Notes under the pieces: model-generated
Databases searched by the model: none
The model's input: the letters and a program-made list of their open reading frames with translations, nothing else
Told to the model about the DNA's origin: nothing
Part shown: positions 63,906-64,000 of the stretch, piece by piece
Layout of the letters: every line of letters begins with the position of its first letter
How positions within the stretch are numbered: position 1 is the stretch's first letter
Assembly (NCBI GenBank): GCA_045634045.1
Contig: JAZQZN010000003.1
Coordinates: 2,444-66,443 of the forward strand
From: Candidatus Enterocola sp.
GTDB lineage: Bacteria; Bacteroidota; Bacteroidia; Bacteroidales; Paludibacteraceae
Direction of reading: 5' to 3'
DNA: 64,000 bases
Position numbers and translations under genes: made by a program

Positions 63906-64000
63906 ATGAATCTACATCTTAATGGAATCTTGTTGGGTGAGTTGTTGGAACTCGCTGCAAAGCATCATCAAATTAATACCTCTCTTGTTGAAAAAGATTA
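63906..64000 (+). CDS. nucleotidyltransferase AbiEii/AbiGii-like toxin, first 31 codons only (runs off the right edge)
   Basis: Hand translation: MNLHLNGILLGELLELAAKHHQINTSLVEKD. The ..(V/I)EKD(Y) N-terminal block and the position after AbiEi fit AbiEii. Confidence 0.5.
   Translation, partial: MNLHLNGILLGELLELAAKHHQINTSLVEKD

Noticed and set aside
1-64000. Looked for rRNA, tRNA, tmRNA, riboswitches, prophage genes and CRISPR-cas.
   Set aside because: No intergenic region showed tRNA-like T-arm or acceptor patterns or rRNA-like sequence, and no phage structural or integrase genes were recognised. This was checked by eye only; a tRNAscan/Infernal run would be definitive.

Overview
This 64-kb window looks like a Bacteroidota chromosome. 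Evidence: TAnnTTTG -7 promoter boxes, T9SS type-A C-terminal sorting domains, a GldJ-like lipoprotein, and general gene content. All family calls come from motifs read by eye; no searches were run. The flanks are ordinary housekeeping. On the left are a steroid-reductase-like gene (partial), a PCMD-like gene, polA, a LytTR protein, an acyl-CoA ligase, class I fumarase, tsf-rpsB, rpsI-rplM, ispG, an MBOAT/SGNH-like pair and murF. On the right are a CoA-transferase, cdaA-folP, a gldJ-like gene, an M16 peptidase, an O-methyltransferase, a 1011-aa TPR protein, an OM barrel, yraN and an AbiEi/AbiEii pair. Half of the window (17.8-50.5 kb) is one accessory locus: three paralogous copies of a module in fixed gene order. 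Each module has (1) a giant secreted CotH-kinase-like protein, (2) a giant protein with a conserved ~1,050-aa beta-helix core and a T9SS sorting tail, and (3) a ~140-aa Cys-rich protein ending in a conserved PLDA(P/S) motif, a TM helix and a basic tail. Copies A (minus strand) and B (plus strand) form a diverged ~10-kb-per-arm palindrome. Each arm is headed by a PD-(D/E)XK-like gene that sits inside a near-identical ~1.1-kb inverted repeat. The inverted repeats flank a 2.1-kb AT-rich core carrying a GNAT-toxin pair and small hydrophobic-peptide genes. In copy C, proteins 1 and 2 are fused into one 2891-aa ORF. A ~65-nt structured REP-like repeat occurs seven times in the window, including direct copies on both sides of each PD-(D/E)XK gene. 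No rRNA, tRNA, CRISPR array, transposase or integrase was recognised.
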